A stretch of DNA of 64,000 bases from Amoebidium appalachense (GCA_963693365.1 CAVNZM010000001.1:17780783-17844782), one strand, 5' to 3'; positions 1 to 14,005 are shown, counted from the first letter of the stretch. Notes: generated from the sequence alone by a model not told the origin. Numbers and translations are program-made.

Positions 1-340
1 CGTCAGATTCCACAGATCACTAGGCCGAGTTTGATTGGCTCAGGATCAGATTTCATATAACACTAGATCGATTTTGATTGGCTCAGATCGGTAGCCTTAG
101 GTATATAAGCACGACAGTTTTTAGCAGATCAGCAAGCAACAGACACGTCTTCTGTGTCTAGCACCTACAGCTTTACAGCTATATTTTTCTTTTCACCCAC
201 CCACCTACTCCCAACACTCAACCCCCATTGATCCACACATACGTGCTGTTTTTTCACAAGGCGAAGACTTCCCCCGTTTTTTGGGCACAAGGACCTCACG
301 GATCAATAAATTGATGACCGGGGGCTTGCCGTGGTTTACA
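1..340 (+). mobile_element. Possible 3' part of an LTR (solo or 3' LTR), truncated by window start
   Basis: Two GATTGG (reverse CCAAT) motifs, TATATAA at ~103, AATAAA at 305-310, ending in TTTACA at 340, a typical LTR terminus. No PBS follows and there is no second copy in the window. Inference only. Confidence 0.3.
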
Positions 341-516
341 ACCATTGCAGGTTCACTTTCGTCCAAGGGGATGTCCCCCTAGAGGCAACACACGTCCCGG
401 AGTAGTTTTTCATAGACACAAACGAACATATGCCGCACATATTCAATGGGCGTCGTTGTAGGTTGCCAGTATTGGAAACTGCTCTTTTTGCTGCTGCTGG
501 CTGCTCCCCCCCCCCC

Positions 517-547
<31 letters not shown>

Positions 548-687
548 ACACCGCCACCCAATCACGTCAACACCACCACCACCAATCACCAGCACTACCA
601 GGCGGGAAGAAAAAAAAAGGAATTTTGTAGTTTATCCCAGAGAGTCAGCTGGTGAAAATGCAAAGGTGCATTTGGATGTTTGGGTTG

Positions 688-785
688 GTACTCGAGGCAG
701 AGAGAGACCAGTTTCAGGTACATGGGGGAGGTTTGTTCGGTATATCCTCTCAGCGTTATATCATGATCAGGTAAATACAACTGAC
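688..785. repeat. Dispersed ~95-bp repeat; second copy at ~37965-38060 in an ABCE1 intron
   Basis: tactcgaggcagagagagaccagtttcaggtac...atatcctctcagcgtta aligns by eye with tactcgaggcacaagagagacccgtctcaggtat...atatcccctcagcgtta. Confidence 0.6.
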
Positions 786-1288
786 AAAAAATCGACGTAT
801 TCATTTTCTACTGGTAAAGCCCCCAGAACATGAGCCAAATTATTTTCTTGGTCGACTTGGTCGCAAGCTGAGTGTCTGTAAGCAAATATATATACCTCGC
901 CATTGAATGCCTCCACGAACCAAAATATATAAAATCATTCAGACTTCAGTAGATACTTTTTTTTTTTAATTTTTAATTTTTTTTAAAAAAGGGGGGTGAA
1001 TGTTTCGTTATATGTACGTTACTAGAAATTCTGGCTACGTGTACATGTTATTTACGGTATTAATAATGCACGAAATTACCAGGAACAGGCAGTACCGGTG
1101 TTCAAACATAAGCCAACCCACCCAATCCAAGTTGGCAAAAAGCTTATGGAGAGAGCCCACATCATTCCCCCAGGCCCCAATCACATTACATGCAAATAAT
1201 ATGTCGAGCATAAAAATTACCATGCTGTTCTATTTTAAGCCATATATTTACAACCATGCCCTCCCTTACATGATAATCTTCAATACAA

Positions 1289-1647
1289 TTACACATGAAG
1301 TGGCCCTGACGCCAAATGTGACGACGTCTTGCCTTTAAAACTTCCCGCCATCTTCTTATGACTGCCTAAAAAGGAAAGAGTAGGTGCGGAGCTAATCACC
1401 ACCGAATCAGATTCCGCCGAGTCGGTGCGTGGCATCGAGTGTAGTGATTGGCTCATAATTGCTTGCTGGCGCAATCCAGCCAATCGAAACGAAGAAGTCC
1501 TGGGAACGGATTTAACGGATTTTGGGGTATCCTGTTCTGGGAGATGCAATATGCTCCGGCTGCCAAATCGGGAGGCAAGGGAGATGGAGCTGACTTGGTG
1601 GTCGTGGGCGTTGTTCAGTCGGATCATCTGCTCGCGCATGAGGGACA

Positions 1648-1727
<80 letters not shown>

Positions 1728-1862
1728 ATGGACAGACACACAGTGGATGGAGAAGCAGGGAGCAAGCATTGATCAGTAAGTAGGTAGTGGACGCTCTCTA
1801 TAGGCAGGCAGTACACCCAGGCCATTCTCAGCCTCAGCAGCTCACTCGCTAAACGTCCTATA

Positions 1863-1901
<39 letters not shown>

Positions 1902-2379
1902 AAAAAAAAAAAAAAGAACAAGAAGAAGAAGAAGAAGAAGAAGAAGAAGGAGGAGGAGGAGGAGGAGGAGGAAAAAGAACAAGGAAAAGAGAAATAAAGA
2001 AAAAAATTCAGTTTGTGTCTCTCGTGGTGATGGGATTGTGTGTGTGGTTGCAACGCACGCATGTGCCCGAGGCCATAATGTATGTGTAATTGTCTCCTGT
2101 AATCTGGTGATCGGGGGGGGGGGGGGGGGGGGAGAGGGGGGGGGGGGGGAAGGGGGGGGAGGCCGGGGGGGTTTTAAGTACACACCGTTTGGGACATCTC
2201 CTCGATCTCACGAAGCAAATCCTCCTCACGATTAGCCGGGGCTGGATCGTAGATTGGATACTGATCGCTCCCCGATTTGCTTCCCGATTTGGGATACATG
2301 TCGATGGCCAGAGAATTCTTTGGCTCCATTGAAGCCCCGTTGGCATTGGTTGGCGAGCCGGCCCCAGGACCTTTGGAAC

Positions 2380-2434
<55 letters not shown>

Positions 2435-3635
2435 ATATGAGTGCGAGTGTGAGTGGGCGAACAGGTGGTGTTTTAATGGAATGTAGGAATGACATGAGGA
2501 ACACAATGGCAGTATGTTTTTGGTTGTCAAGAGAGAAAGAGGACGGTCACTGGGATCGTGAGGTTGTGTAGTTCACTCGTGTGCTGCCCCCCCTCCCCCC
2601 CCCCCCCCCTCCCCTCCCTCCCCCCTCCCCACCCCACTTCAAAACATATATCCTCCCCCCCTCCCCACCCCACTTCAAAACATATATCTTCTAAGAGAGA
2701 TTTGAATTTTTAATGAGAAAGAAATCCTTTGGGAAACTGCACGAGGGAAGAGGGGCAAGACTAAAGAGAGAGACAACAGGATCAAGGGCCCGAGACAGCT
2801 TTGCCTGATTGGGTGGGTGGGCATATGTGTGCGTGCGCGTGTGCACGTGCGCGTGTGTTTGCAATCACGCCCAGTGTCGGGCGACGTGAAGGAGGGGGAG
2901 GGGGTTGGGGGGGGGGGGGGGGGGGGAAGGGATTGCTTACGGCAGGATTCTTCTTGTCGGAGTTAGTAGTACTCTGGTTGGCGTTTGCAACAATGACCGC
3001 CTTCCTTGACGACTCAAAAGCGGTGTAAAGTTTTGGCGCAAAGAAAACAGTCAAAGTAAAGTACATGGAAAGGGCCAACCCACACGCTATCACGGTGACT
3101 TTTGTCTCCGGGGAGTTGTTCAAGACGGAGGTGAGAGTCAATGGGAGCATCACAAGACCCATTATGACCATTTGGTATGCCACCATGCCCATCTGTTTGC
3201 TCTCTTGGAATTCGTTGGGTACACGGCGAATGACGAATGAAATCACACAGGCACCGAACACGAGGCAGGCGTTGTAGATGCATAGAACTAGTGTGGATGT
3301 CCCCGGGCCTGCAATCCTGAAATGATGAAGAGAAAAAGGTAAGTTAAAACAGTTTGTCGGAAAGGACAATCTCGGTAATGGTCTTGATTCATTACGTGTG
3401 ACGCGTGTATGTGTTGTTGTGATGTCTCGCTGTGTGTGTGGTTGGTTGACGGGTTTGCCTTTCTTTCTCTGCCCTTAAATTGTTCTGCTTTGTTTACTTA
3501 TTACCGCTGTTTTTTTTTTTTATTTTTTTTATTTTTTTATTTTTATTATTATTATTAATAACTTTAGTTTGTTTGTTTTTCTTTTTCTTTGGGGGCAGAG
3601 GAGAGCGGAGGAGGGGGAGTGGAGGAGGAGGAGGA

Positions 3636-3675
<40 letters not shown>

Positions 3676-4305
3676 TTTGTTTGTGAGGATACCAAAAGTA
3701 AAGTAAAGCAATGTATCGACGAAAGAATGTTGTTAGTATGGTGGGGTGTAGAGCTCAAGTGAACGTACACGTGTTTTGGGGTGGATATACTTACGTAAGC
3801 ACTGGGATGGTGGTGTACACGGTGCCGTCCTTCAAGACTAGTGTGGCCGTGGTCTCTACGGGGAGGATAGGGTCTACGGCAGTGTAGACTACACACAGCA
3901 GCAGCTCCCCGGCTATTATTAGCGCCATGGGACCTAATAATAGCGTGCGGTCGCTGATCTTGAGAGCTTTAACAACACGCCCACCGATGAAGATTCTGTG
4001 GGTGAGTATACGGTAAGGTAGGGCTCTGATAGTGATCTTTCTTTCTTTCTTTTTTTCTTTTTTTTTTTTTTTGGGGGGGGGGGAGGGGGGGAGGGGGAGT
4101 GGAAGGGGAGGGAGAGAAGGGGGGGGGGGGGGGGGAGGGGGAGGGGGAGGGGGGGAGGGATGGGGAAGGGTGGTTGTAATGCATGATTGTGTTTCTGTTG
4201 TGGATCTCAGAAGAAAAAGAAACGGATCGAACATGCCCACAGAATGAGCACACAGTGTCGTACTAACATAATCGTGTGCAACCACTCTTATCGGGGTGTG
4301 TGCGG

Positions 4306-4394
<89 letters not shown>

Positions 4395-4401
4395 ACATCC
4401 C

Positions 4402-4455
<54 letters not shown>

Positions 4456-5847
4456 ACACACACATAATTGGCTCAGGGCCTTTTCTCTCTTGCCTCTTTC
4501 TCTCGTGCCCCCCCCCCCCCCCCCCCCCCCCCCCAGCCCCTTTTACCCACTCTTATAATGGCTGTGAGTGGGGGTTCCAGTGCACATATGTGCTTGTTGT
4601 CTTCAAAACAAATTCCGGATTCACTTACCGGTAAATTCGGTACAGTTTGACGACAATGCCACCAAACACGAGCCCGTAGCCGATGCACAAGAACCACACG
4701 GCAAAGGTGATCTGAATCCGTGTTGGTTTTCCGGGAATAACCATGATTGACGCAAAAACACACATGGTTCCCACCACTACCAACTCGCAAAATACGATGC
4801 TGGCAGATCTCACGGCCTTTTGCGATCGGAATCTGAAGAGGCCGTATCCGATTACCATTGCGTAGAGTAGTCCCATCACACCCAGGCAGTAAATTATAAT
4901 GCTGGGCAACGATAGGGCGCCCAAATACCCGCAGGGCATGGAGTAGTCGGTCTCGCCGGGTAGAAGGTTCTCGGGGTTTCTGCATTCTTCCTTCCAGCGG
5001 AAGCCAATGTACTTCCTGTTGATCGTGGATGAGATCGGGCAACGTGATGGCTTGTATGTACATGAAAGAAAAAAAGAAGAAAAAAAGGGGGGGGGGGGGG
5101 GGGGGTTTGAATGCGGAACACGGTACAAAGTACGCATACACGACGAGAAGCATGGTGCAGGACACATGCAAAGGCAAACATTCAAGTATGCAACATCAGC
5201 CATGTGCACAGTATGCGTCATAAGCAGAGCCCATCCTCAGGGAGGACCCAAGTCATCAATTGCGTCTGAGTTTCGACCCCTTAGCCCGCGTATATACGAC
5301 ACTCCAACTCAGACAGCAGCATCAACTGAGCTTGGGCGGGTCAACCCGTCTTGATCAAAGACGAGCAGGGTTGCTTATGCAAGCAAGGTGAGCAAAACGG
5401 TGAAGATGTGTGTGCAAACTAATGCAGTGCAGCGAAAAATGTGTATGTGCTTACAGATGCACGACACAGAGCAACCATGCCCGGTTGCATGGAAGTAAAG
5501 CGGTCTCCACACAGTGGTCTGTCCTGAAAGGACACCTCTGAAAGAAGACTGGGGGGGTTTTGAATGCGGAACACGGTACAAAGTACACATGGGGGGAGTA
5601 AGAAAGAATAGATGGGAAGAGTTGCATGTTCTCGTTTGTGGATGTTCAAGGGACAAAGAGAAAACCTAACCTCAGCATCCCTTTGTATACGTATCTTTTG
5701 CGGAATTCCGGAAGTACAACCATTAACACAAAACCTTTGCTCCTCTCCATGCTCACTTTTCTCAACAGATTCAACCCCCCCCCCCCCCCCCAACTCTTCC
5801 CCTCCCCCTCTACACACACAGCTTTACGGAATACCCCCCCCTCCCCC

Positions 5848-5891
<44 letters not shown>

Positions 5892-6257
5892 ATAAATTAA
5901 AGAAAAAGCACCAACCCACCTGCTCGTCCTCTCATTACACGGCAAGTCAAACACCGGCTCAATCATTTCCTTGGTACACATGGGCTTAAAAAGCTCGGTC
6001 ATTGATTCGCACGCCCTCTGTGCAGCGTCCAATAGGGTTACATTCTTGATCAAAATCTCCAATAGCATTGCACGAACAGGCTTATATGCCTCGATATCTT
6101 CCAATTGTTGGGGGGCGAGAAAAGGGTAGTAAATGGATTTTGCAAGTTCAATCTGCTCCTTGTAGACGGCCCAACGGGTGTCGTTCCAGGGAGCCTTGTT
6201 CCAGTTTCGCTTGTATGGGCTGAGTGTGCCTGAGCCGGCGTTCATCATGTCGATGTA

Positions 6258-6323
<66 letters not shown>

Positions 6324-6394
6324 ACATATGTGTAGGTGTGTGCACACGTGTGTGCGTGTACAGTGTTCGCCTCTCTTTCTTGCTGGCATGTATG

Positions 6395-6442
<48 letters not shown>

Positions 6443-9400
6443 GTGTGTGGTATGGTTGCACGTGTGTGTATGTGTGTGTGTGCATGTGTGTGTGTGTGGG
6501 TGGGTGGGGGGCGGGTGTGCTCACATGTCAGCTTCCACATCTCTCTTTTTCTTTGCGGACGCACGAGTGTGCGTATACACCTGCGTTCTATACTACTGTG
6601 TGCAAAATGCACTCAAGCACTGCTCCAGTTTTTTTACTCGGTCATGGAAAAATGTATGAAGTCACTTCCGCACGTTATACACACACCCGCAAACAACCAC
6701 CCAAGGGCACAATAGGTACATTTATGCTGAGCAAAGACTTTGATAATAGTTTCAACCCAAACAGCAACTAAGGCAGGTGGGGCAGAACTTACGAATAATT
6801 GGACGTCACGAGGGTCGTTATGTAGTCCCATGCCCCCTCCTGGTTTTTCCCTTTTGGGTTAATCGAAATTCCGGCACCTCCAAAAAAGGATGCACCCCCA
6901 GGCATGAGCCCGATCCCGACATCGGGCCGTTCAACTAGCCGATCTGTCGTAAATCGCATGCCTAATAAGGGTTGGCTGGAGGGCAGAAAGTACCACGTGA
7001 AAGGAGCTTTCCGTGGGACTTGCCCGTTCTTCCATTGGTCGTAGTTGTTCATAAAATACCGGAAATTGGAATCGGTTTCCGGATTCGGGAATATGTTCAG
7101 ATCGATTGTCCCGTCTATTTTCATTTGGCCAAACGTGTGATTGAGCGCCTCATGAAACCGGGGGGACGTCATGTCGCACACCAACCGATCTTTCTCATCT
7201 CGGTAGAAGAGAAGCGATCCGTACTGCCGCGCCAGCGCAGACATAAATTTCAGTTCCTCGTCGAAATTCGGTTCGTACTCGAATGAATTCGGCCCCAGTG
7301 CGCGTGCTGTCTCCACGAATTTCTCCCACGTCCATGATTCTCCATAGGGAGTTGACCAGTCCCCGGCGGGTGGAGGTAGTTTCACCTTCTTTGCCGCAAA
7401 CGTCGTTTTGTTGTACATCAGAAGGCGGGTTCCAACCTGCATGTGTGATCTGTAAGTGACAATAATCGGACGGTCACAAGAGTAGGCGCTATAACTTGCG
7501 CCCTGATTTCCTTGTTTATAACCAAAATCCCGAGGCTTGGTCGGAATTTACATAGCGGCGTGCACAACCCCCCCTCCCCCCCCCTTCTTGCCCCCCCAAA
7601 GGATATCATAACCCACCCTTCCTACCTAATAGCAAACCATTTATTGCTTTCCGACGTGGAAACTGAACAAAAAACAGCCAAGAAGCCGTATAACGTTGAA
7701 AACCCATGCACACAATGTCATGCACGAGCTCACGAGCAGGGTTAGAAATTTACCTGAATAGGCAGTGCTACCCAGGAGTCCAGTGGTCGGAATTCACTGA
7801 CGGCCGGTGCCACCGTATCCTCAATTAGGTAGTTGCCCGTGGACTTGAAGTGTCTCTCCAAATACCGGCCAAGGGGGGCTAGAACCCCCCTTGCATTGAG
7901 TGACGTCACTTTGGTTGTGCCCACGACCAAGGCGTCGGGCATTTGCTCCGGACGGTTCTCCTGGATGTCCCTATTGGATGATATTAATTAGATCGGATGA
8001 GGCATAGACCACGTGGCAGTGTGTCTACATGCACTGGTGGGTGTCTGTGTATGTCGGTCCGTGATTATGTTTTTGTGTGTATATGTTTGGATGGGTGGAA
8101 CGGGCACATGGGGTGTGTGTGGGTGTTCCAAGCGCGCGCGCAAGTGTGTGTGTGTGAGCGCGCGCGTGTGCGAGAGTGTGTGTGCACGCGTGTCCCACAC
8201 ATGCATGTTATGTGTGTGTATACCGGTGTGCATTTATACTCATAGGCTGTTTACCTTTGCGTCGATTGCGCCGAGTCCGTCCCACCCCACATTCCAAACC
8301 TCCCCAACAACTGTTCGGTCAGGAAACTGAACAAGCCGATTGCAGATAAGTTCCTGGGGAAGGCAAGAGATTAGAGAAGTTGAGGGTGGGAAAAAAGGGG
8401 CTAAACCACTAAAGACAGCTGCAGCCTGACCCGCCCTCCTCCATATCCCCGGGAGGGAGAAAGAAAAACCAATCCCCGGTATCCCCCCCCCCCCCCCCCC
8501 CCCCTCCCCCCCTCTTCTCTCCCCCTCCCCCCCCCCCCCCTCCCTTCCCCCCGTCACACACATACACCTATTCCCTGTTCTAGCCATGTTTTCAGGATGT
8601 CGACTTATTTTCTAAGCCGCTAACCAACAATGAGCCCCCCTCCCCACCCCCAACCCCCCCGGCCCTCCTCGGAGAGGGTGGGGGGGGGGGCAAGGATTGC
8701 CCCTAAAGAAATAAAAAATGAAGAAGATTAAAGAAGAGCAAGAGAACAATGTCAAATTATCTATCTCAAGATTGCAGCAATGTGGGGGCAACGGACGACA
8801 AAGTCTCCCGTTGAGTTTGACATATGCACATCAATGGAGGGTAACTTTCTCAAATACGCGGTCATATGCACTGGTGTATTTGTGTCAGCGTGTGCTGTGA
8901 GTACTGTGAGCCGTGTGTACTGTGTTCTGTATGTAGGTGTGTGCGTGTGTGTATGTACGTATCTGCATGTGTGTGTGTGGGTGTGTGTGGGTGTGTGTGG
9001 GTGTGTTTGTGGGTGTGTGTGTGTGTGTGTGTGTGTGTGCACATGTACGTTTGTGTAGTCATGCGTGAGGTAAGGCAAGCCGAACAGAGGCACACCTGGT
9101 CTTTTTTTGTTACTGTGCTCGGTTGCAGTGTATGCGTACAAGTGAATGTGGTGTCCATGAGAGAGGCCAGATAGCCAAAAATAAAGTGGCTAAGTATCAA
9201 AGAAGCAAACACTTGGCCGCCTTCAAGCCCATACCTGCATGGCCTTCGTCATTTCAGCACCAAAGCCGCCTGTCCCAGTCATTGCGTACGGGTTCCACAC
9301 CACAACCTTTTCCGTTGCGTTTTTAGCAAACGATGGACCGTTACGCACAGCAGTGACTCTGTACACCTTTGCATCACAAGCTTGTTCAGGCCCAGTTAGC

Positions 9401-9669
9401 GCTTTTTTCTGCACCAAATTGTCTGAATCATTATATCCGTATACTACCACCCTTCCATCGCCACAACATTCTGAAAATTGTGCACATAGATTTTGGGCAT
9501 GTTGGGCCCAATCTGTTGCGTTTGGGTTGCCGCTACTGCAGTCTGAACTTGACCCATTTGAACTATATATAAAGAAAAAGAGTGTAAGAAGAGTTCGAAT
9601 GTATGATCTATTTTGTATGTTGAAGACAGAGCGTGAGGCAAATGTAGGCAACAGTTCTAGACATGTCAT
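1289..9669 (-). CDS. Class C (GABA-B/7tm_3-like) GPCR with an extracellular bacterial-type sugar solute-binding domain, ~1080 aa, 10 exons
   Basis: Phase-consistent exons 9669-9235, 8353-8255, 7960-7754, 7436-6793, 6258-5920, 5015-4629, 3995-3795, 3316-2941, 2380-2186, 1648-1289 (3243 nt). SBP-like motifs: [23 protein letters not shown]...[27 protein letters not shown]. Class C 7TM motifs: [38 protein letters not shown]. Short coiled-coil-like tail. Two acceptors read CG (see findings). Confidence 0.85.
5100..5395 (-). repeat. Diverged copy of the ~300-bp structured dispersed repeat (orientation opposite to the copies at 43.4 and 49.8 kb)
   Basis: Reverse complement shares gcataagcaaccctgctcgtct(t/c)tgatcaagacggg, ggtcgaaactc, cctgaggatgggctctgctta and gcattcaaaccc with 43395-43710. 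Its terminal ~35 bp recur as a direct repeat at ~5552-5590. Confidence 0.75.
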
Positions 9670-12043
9670 GGTGGATGACTGGGGTTTAACCCACTAGTGA
9701 TGGAGTGTGATGTTTGAAGACATGTGTTTAAGAAGAACGAAACAAGTAACTACTTTATTTTGACGGGCTGAAAAATAATTATACACGTCTCATAGTCGAG
9801 CCATAGCTTCAAGAAAAAAGAAAGTTGCTTACTAAAGACTTAGTGTGTGTTTGCGGTATAATTCTGATTGCTGCTCTAAATGTGCACGGAGTTGCCCCCT
9901 TTGCGAACCGTTCAGCCCCTTGGTACGTTCAGTCGTTTATGTTGAACGTCAATACGTATGAAGTTCCGGTAAAGAGAAATCGGTAACCCTAAAGCTAAAT
10001 AGTCATAGTGCAAGAAGCTAGGGGTATTTTCAAATAGATCTGAGATCTAAGTCAGTATTGGCTGAAATGAGTGGTAGTGAAAATGGGGTGTGTACGTTGG
10101 TTTATAGGTCACCAGTCATCCACAGACATACAAAAAAGGAGGTGACTGTATAGTATGCAGAGTATCGTTAAAGTTCTAAAAGAAAACTGTTGCAATAGTG
10201 TACAAGAACTGTATGTTAGGTTGTCTGCATGTGTCAAAACGTACAATCTTCCTGTGTGTGTTTGTTTGAGATCTCGCAAGGGTTCCGCTGGGGTTTCCCT
10301 CAGGACTCTGAAGGAAAAGCTATAATATTCAAACACGAGTCTCTTGCGTGCATGTACGTAGGCGGAGTTGACTGTCCCACATAAATTATAAAATGCCTGC
10401 ACGTGAAGAACACGGTCTCTGAAGTTCAAGGCACGAACTTTTTCAACACCGAGGCCTTTAACAGTTGATCATGAAGACGAGGGGCTGACTCAAAGTCTCG
10501 TTCGATTATTTCCTGATTAGTAAGCCCATATAAAGATAAAGAACCGATTCCACATAATGAGCTCTTATTGTGATAACTCCGTTTCTTTCAAAACCTGCGC
10601 ATATAAAAAATTATAGCTGCTATCAATTCTCTGGTGGGAAAATGGAAAAAAAATAGATATTGAGGTTTCACTAAAGAAATAGTGCCCTGTTTACAGTAGC
10701 GAGGAGACCTATTTCCTCGATAGTTTCTGCGTCTTCGAGGGTGCGCACCAAAAGATTGATTGGCGGCTCGCACCTCGTCAAAAAAATGCCTTCTCCGTCC
10801 TATACTCTCGTACATGAAGAGCCCCCTGATCTTTGACACCACACAAAATAATTCCTTCAACGCCATGTGCGGAAAAATCATTTCCATGTGTAGGAAAAAA
10901 TGGTTGTAGTTTTTTTTAGTGTTTTAACATCATTTTGACTGGTTTATTGTTTAATTAGTGTTTAGCTGACAGAAAAAAGACAAGCAAAAAAAAAAGGACT
11001 CTGGTAATTTGATCCGCGCATATTTCCGTTTTTTCTCCGCATTCTTTAGCCAAACTCTTCGGCGATTGGCTGCAAGCCAATGGTTACAGGATCCCCCTAC
11101 ACGTGTGATCAATGAAATTTGAAACCCCACTTTAAAGTTTACATGTCTCATGATGATATTATCTGTTGAGGTATGTAAACGGTTACGAATATAGAATATC
11201 AAGCCTTTCGAGACGAAAAGTAAATATCGGTTTTATGAGTCTATAAGTTCGCCTTATACCTTTAACTGTAAGGGAAATTTGTTTTGTATCGCCTTAAGTC
11301 GTGAATCTCCAAATTGGAAAAAGAAAGCCCCACCTAACGCCCCAAATATAATGGTAGTCAGGAGGGATTCCTGTACTCCGTAGCCAGTACCTTGCAGTTG
11401 GTGCACTCGTAAACTTTCGTGACGTAAATGTATTGTAAGTCCGTCGTGATGATCGGATTTGTGTTACATTTTCCTGTCGAAATCTGTACATTACACTGGG
11501 TATAAAATTGTATGGAAGACTGAGATTTACCGAACACGAAGCAGGTAAATGAAAAAGTTAGATCATGATGCATCTCTCACCGTGCGTCAACGTGAGCTAA
11601 TTGGCTAATGTCGCATTCTGTAGGAATGCGAAGTGCATTCCACAGCTCCTCGGACTCTCCGAGACTCCGGAGTCTCCGACTGCTGCTGTGCGACGGCCCA
11701 CGGGGACTCGGCCGCGGGTTCGGGAATGCCGGGATTCCGGAGTCTATCGCTGATCACTACATATTGTACGTCTCTGCAGCTGTGGCACCCGTGCGCACCG
11801 CGGCCGTGTCTCCGTCTCCGTTGATCAAAGTGCAACTTACTAAGATACTGGCAGGCGAATGGGGGCTCCCGTCTGCTAGATGGGCCGGTGGCTCATGCCC
11901 CTCGCGCAGGTACAATCCAAAACTGTTATGAGAAAACGAATGTTGAAGAGTGTGTGTGTTTGTGATCCACGTCATGTGTGTGTGCATGTGTTCATGTGTG
12001 TACACGTGTGTGCGTGTGTGTGTTTCTGTATATCACAGTGTGC

Positions 12044-12107
<64 letters not shown>

Positions 12108-12375
12108 TGTGTGTATATGTGTCACGGTTCCTGTCGCGAGAAACTAGGAGGTACGTGTGCGGGGAAAGTCTTTGAGCGTTTGGGACAGGAAGAGAGGGGG
12201 TGGGGTGGGGTGGGGGGGGGGGGGGGGGGGGGAAGCCTGGAGGGGAGGGGGGGGGGGAATGTTAATAAACACGCGTCCCACCCAATCAGAAAGAACTTCT
12301 TTGCAGATGGGTGGCCATATGCTTTTAGACACATGACCAAAAAAAAGTTGCAGAGTCGGTGTTACAACTTTGGTA

Positions 12376-12628
12376 GTACCGTGTGGGCATTGTTTCTCCA
12401 CCACGTGTACATATAATTTGTTGATATTGCTGAGGCCATAATTGCAGAATGGGGTCCCATCTCTGAGAGCACTGTGTGGGCATTGTTTCTCCACCACATG
12501 TACATAATACCGTGTGGGCATTGTTTCTCCACCACGTGCCACTGTAGCCACGTACAAAGTAGTAAGGCCGGGGTTCCAGCTCTGAAAGTACCGTGTGGGC
12601 ATGGTTTAGGTTTCTCCACAGCGTGTAC
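12376..12628. repeat. Four ~32-bp direct repeats with irregular spacers
   Basis: (gtac)cgtgtgggcattgtttctccaccacgtg at ~12376, ~12471, ~12508 and a degenerate copy at ~12588. Confidence 0.75.
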
Positions 12629-12669
12629 GAGAAAGAGACAAACACACAGACACACACAGACACACCGCC

Positions 12670-12704
<35 letters not shown>

Positions 12705-12870
12705 CGCACACACACACACATACACACACATGCATGCACGCAGCATGCACACACGCACGGCACAGGCGCGCGCACAAGGCACGCACGGACGCACACACAC
12801 AAAAACAGACACAAACTTAGTTTGAAGGAAAACGGCCGCGGGGTCCCAACATTACATCCCCTTCATCAAC

Positions 12871-12923
<53 letters not shown>

Positions 12924-14005
12924 TACACACTTAGTGCTGAGCACATAAACTACCCGGGGTCCCAACATCACGTCCACTTCATCAATCCCTTATATCACAA
13001 ATGACATACAATGAATCCCCCCCCCCCCCCCCCCCCCCACCCCACCCCCCACCCCCCCCCCAAAAAAATAGAACCCCCCCCCCCCCCCCCCCCCCCACTT
13101 ACCGTAGTACACCATCTTCTCACAGATAGCAAATCGGGAGCCCACTCCACATTAAAGTCAACCCTACCTCGACTCCCTTGCGTGCATATATTGTGCGAGC
13201 GTGACTTTTGCATAAGCATGAATATGGTTTACCCCTTCTCGCCGCTTGGATCAAGAAAGAGAGAACTAGAGCGCTTAAACCCTTGGCAAATTTCCTTGAA
13301 GCAGAAATTCAATCCTTTCTATCTAACAACTGTTGTAAACCTGGGCCTGTAACGCTCTCGAAATATGGTCTGGTCCCAATAGCTGCTAGAGTATCCCATC
13401 TCGCGCTGAAATTCAATAAGCACATAAGCTGCTTAAAGAAGTATTTGCCCTCCCACCCTCTCTTCTCTATCCGACCTCTCCCCTCCTCACCTCTCCCCTC
13501 TTTCCTTCCCTCTCCGTCTCTCTCCTTTTCCCCCGGGCACAAATACAAATATACCCCGCAAAAGTGTGCGTGTGACTTTGAACTGCCACTTACTTATTAG
13601 ACATGTACACAATCACAAGATAATTACGCAATATAACAAATGGAAAAAGATACCACACGACACCAGACCCGATGAAAGCATACACCTTGAAAAACTAAGC
13701 CTTATGTCTCGTTTTATATAATTTAAATGACCGCCTTAACCATATTGCCAAATATGGCACTCGCAAATGTGTAACACCTAAATACATATTACCAAGAAGT
13801 TCCTGTAGAATTGGTCTTTCTCTAGCTGATGGTATTATTGATCGCATACCACGCTTTTACTGTACACGTGCTATAGGGGCAAACCTACGAATCGTGAGAG
13901 CTTTTCCCAGAAACTCGTATACCTTGTGAAGGGATGATTATTTTTAAAAGCGGAAAAAACCTTTATAAGACAATTTTAAGTCCTCTACTAGGAACTGGTA
14001 CTTAA

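Noticed and set aside
430-630. ORF beginning like a bacterial lipoprotein signal (LFAAAGC)
   Set aside because: It runs at once into poly-C and (CA)n, has no domain and no operon context; best explained as chance.
1817-1858. Possible extra GPCR exon ([13 protein letters not shown])
   Set aside because: With the best upstream donor both candidate acceptors give stop codons, and skipping it gives a smooth coiled-coil reading.
11630-11760. Local GC-rich palindromes (gagactccggagtctc)
   Set aside because: No TIR or TSD boundaries and no second copy in the window, so there is too little to call an element.
12376-12628. CRISPR array or HVVEKQCPHG repeat protein
   Set aside because: Spacers are very uneven, the repeats fall in different frames, and there are no cas genes or convincing exon signals.
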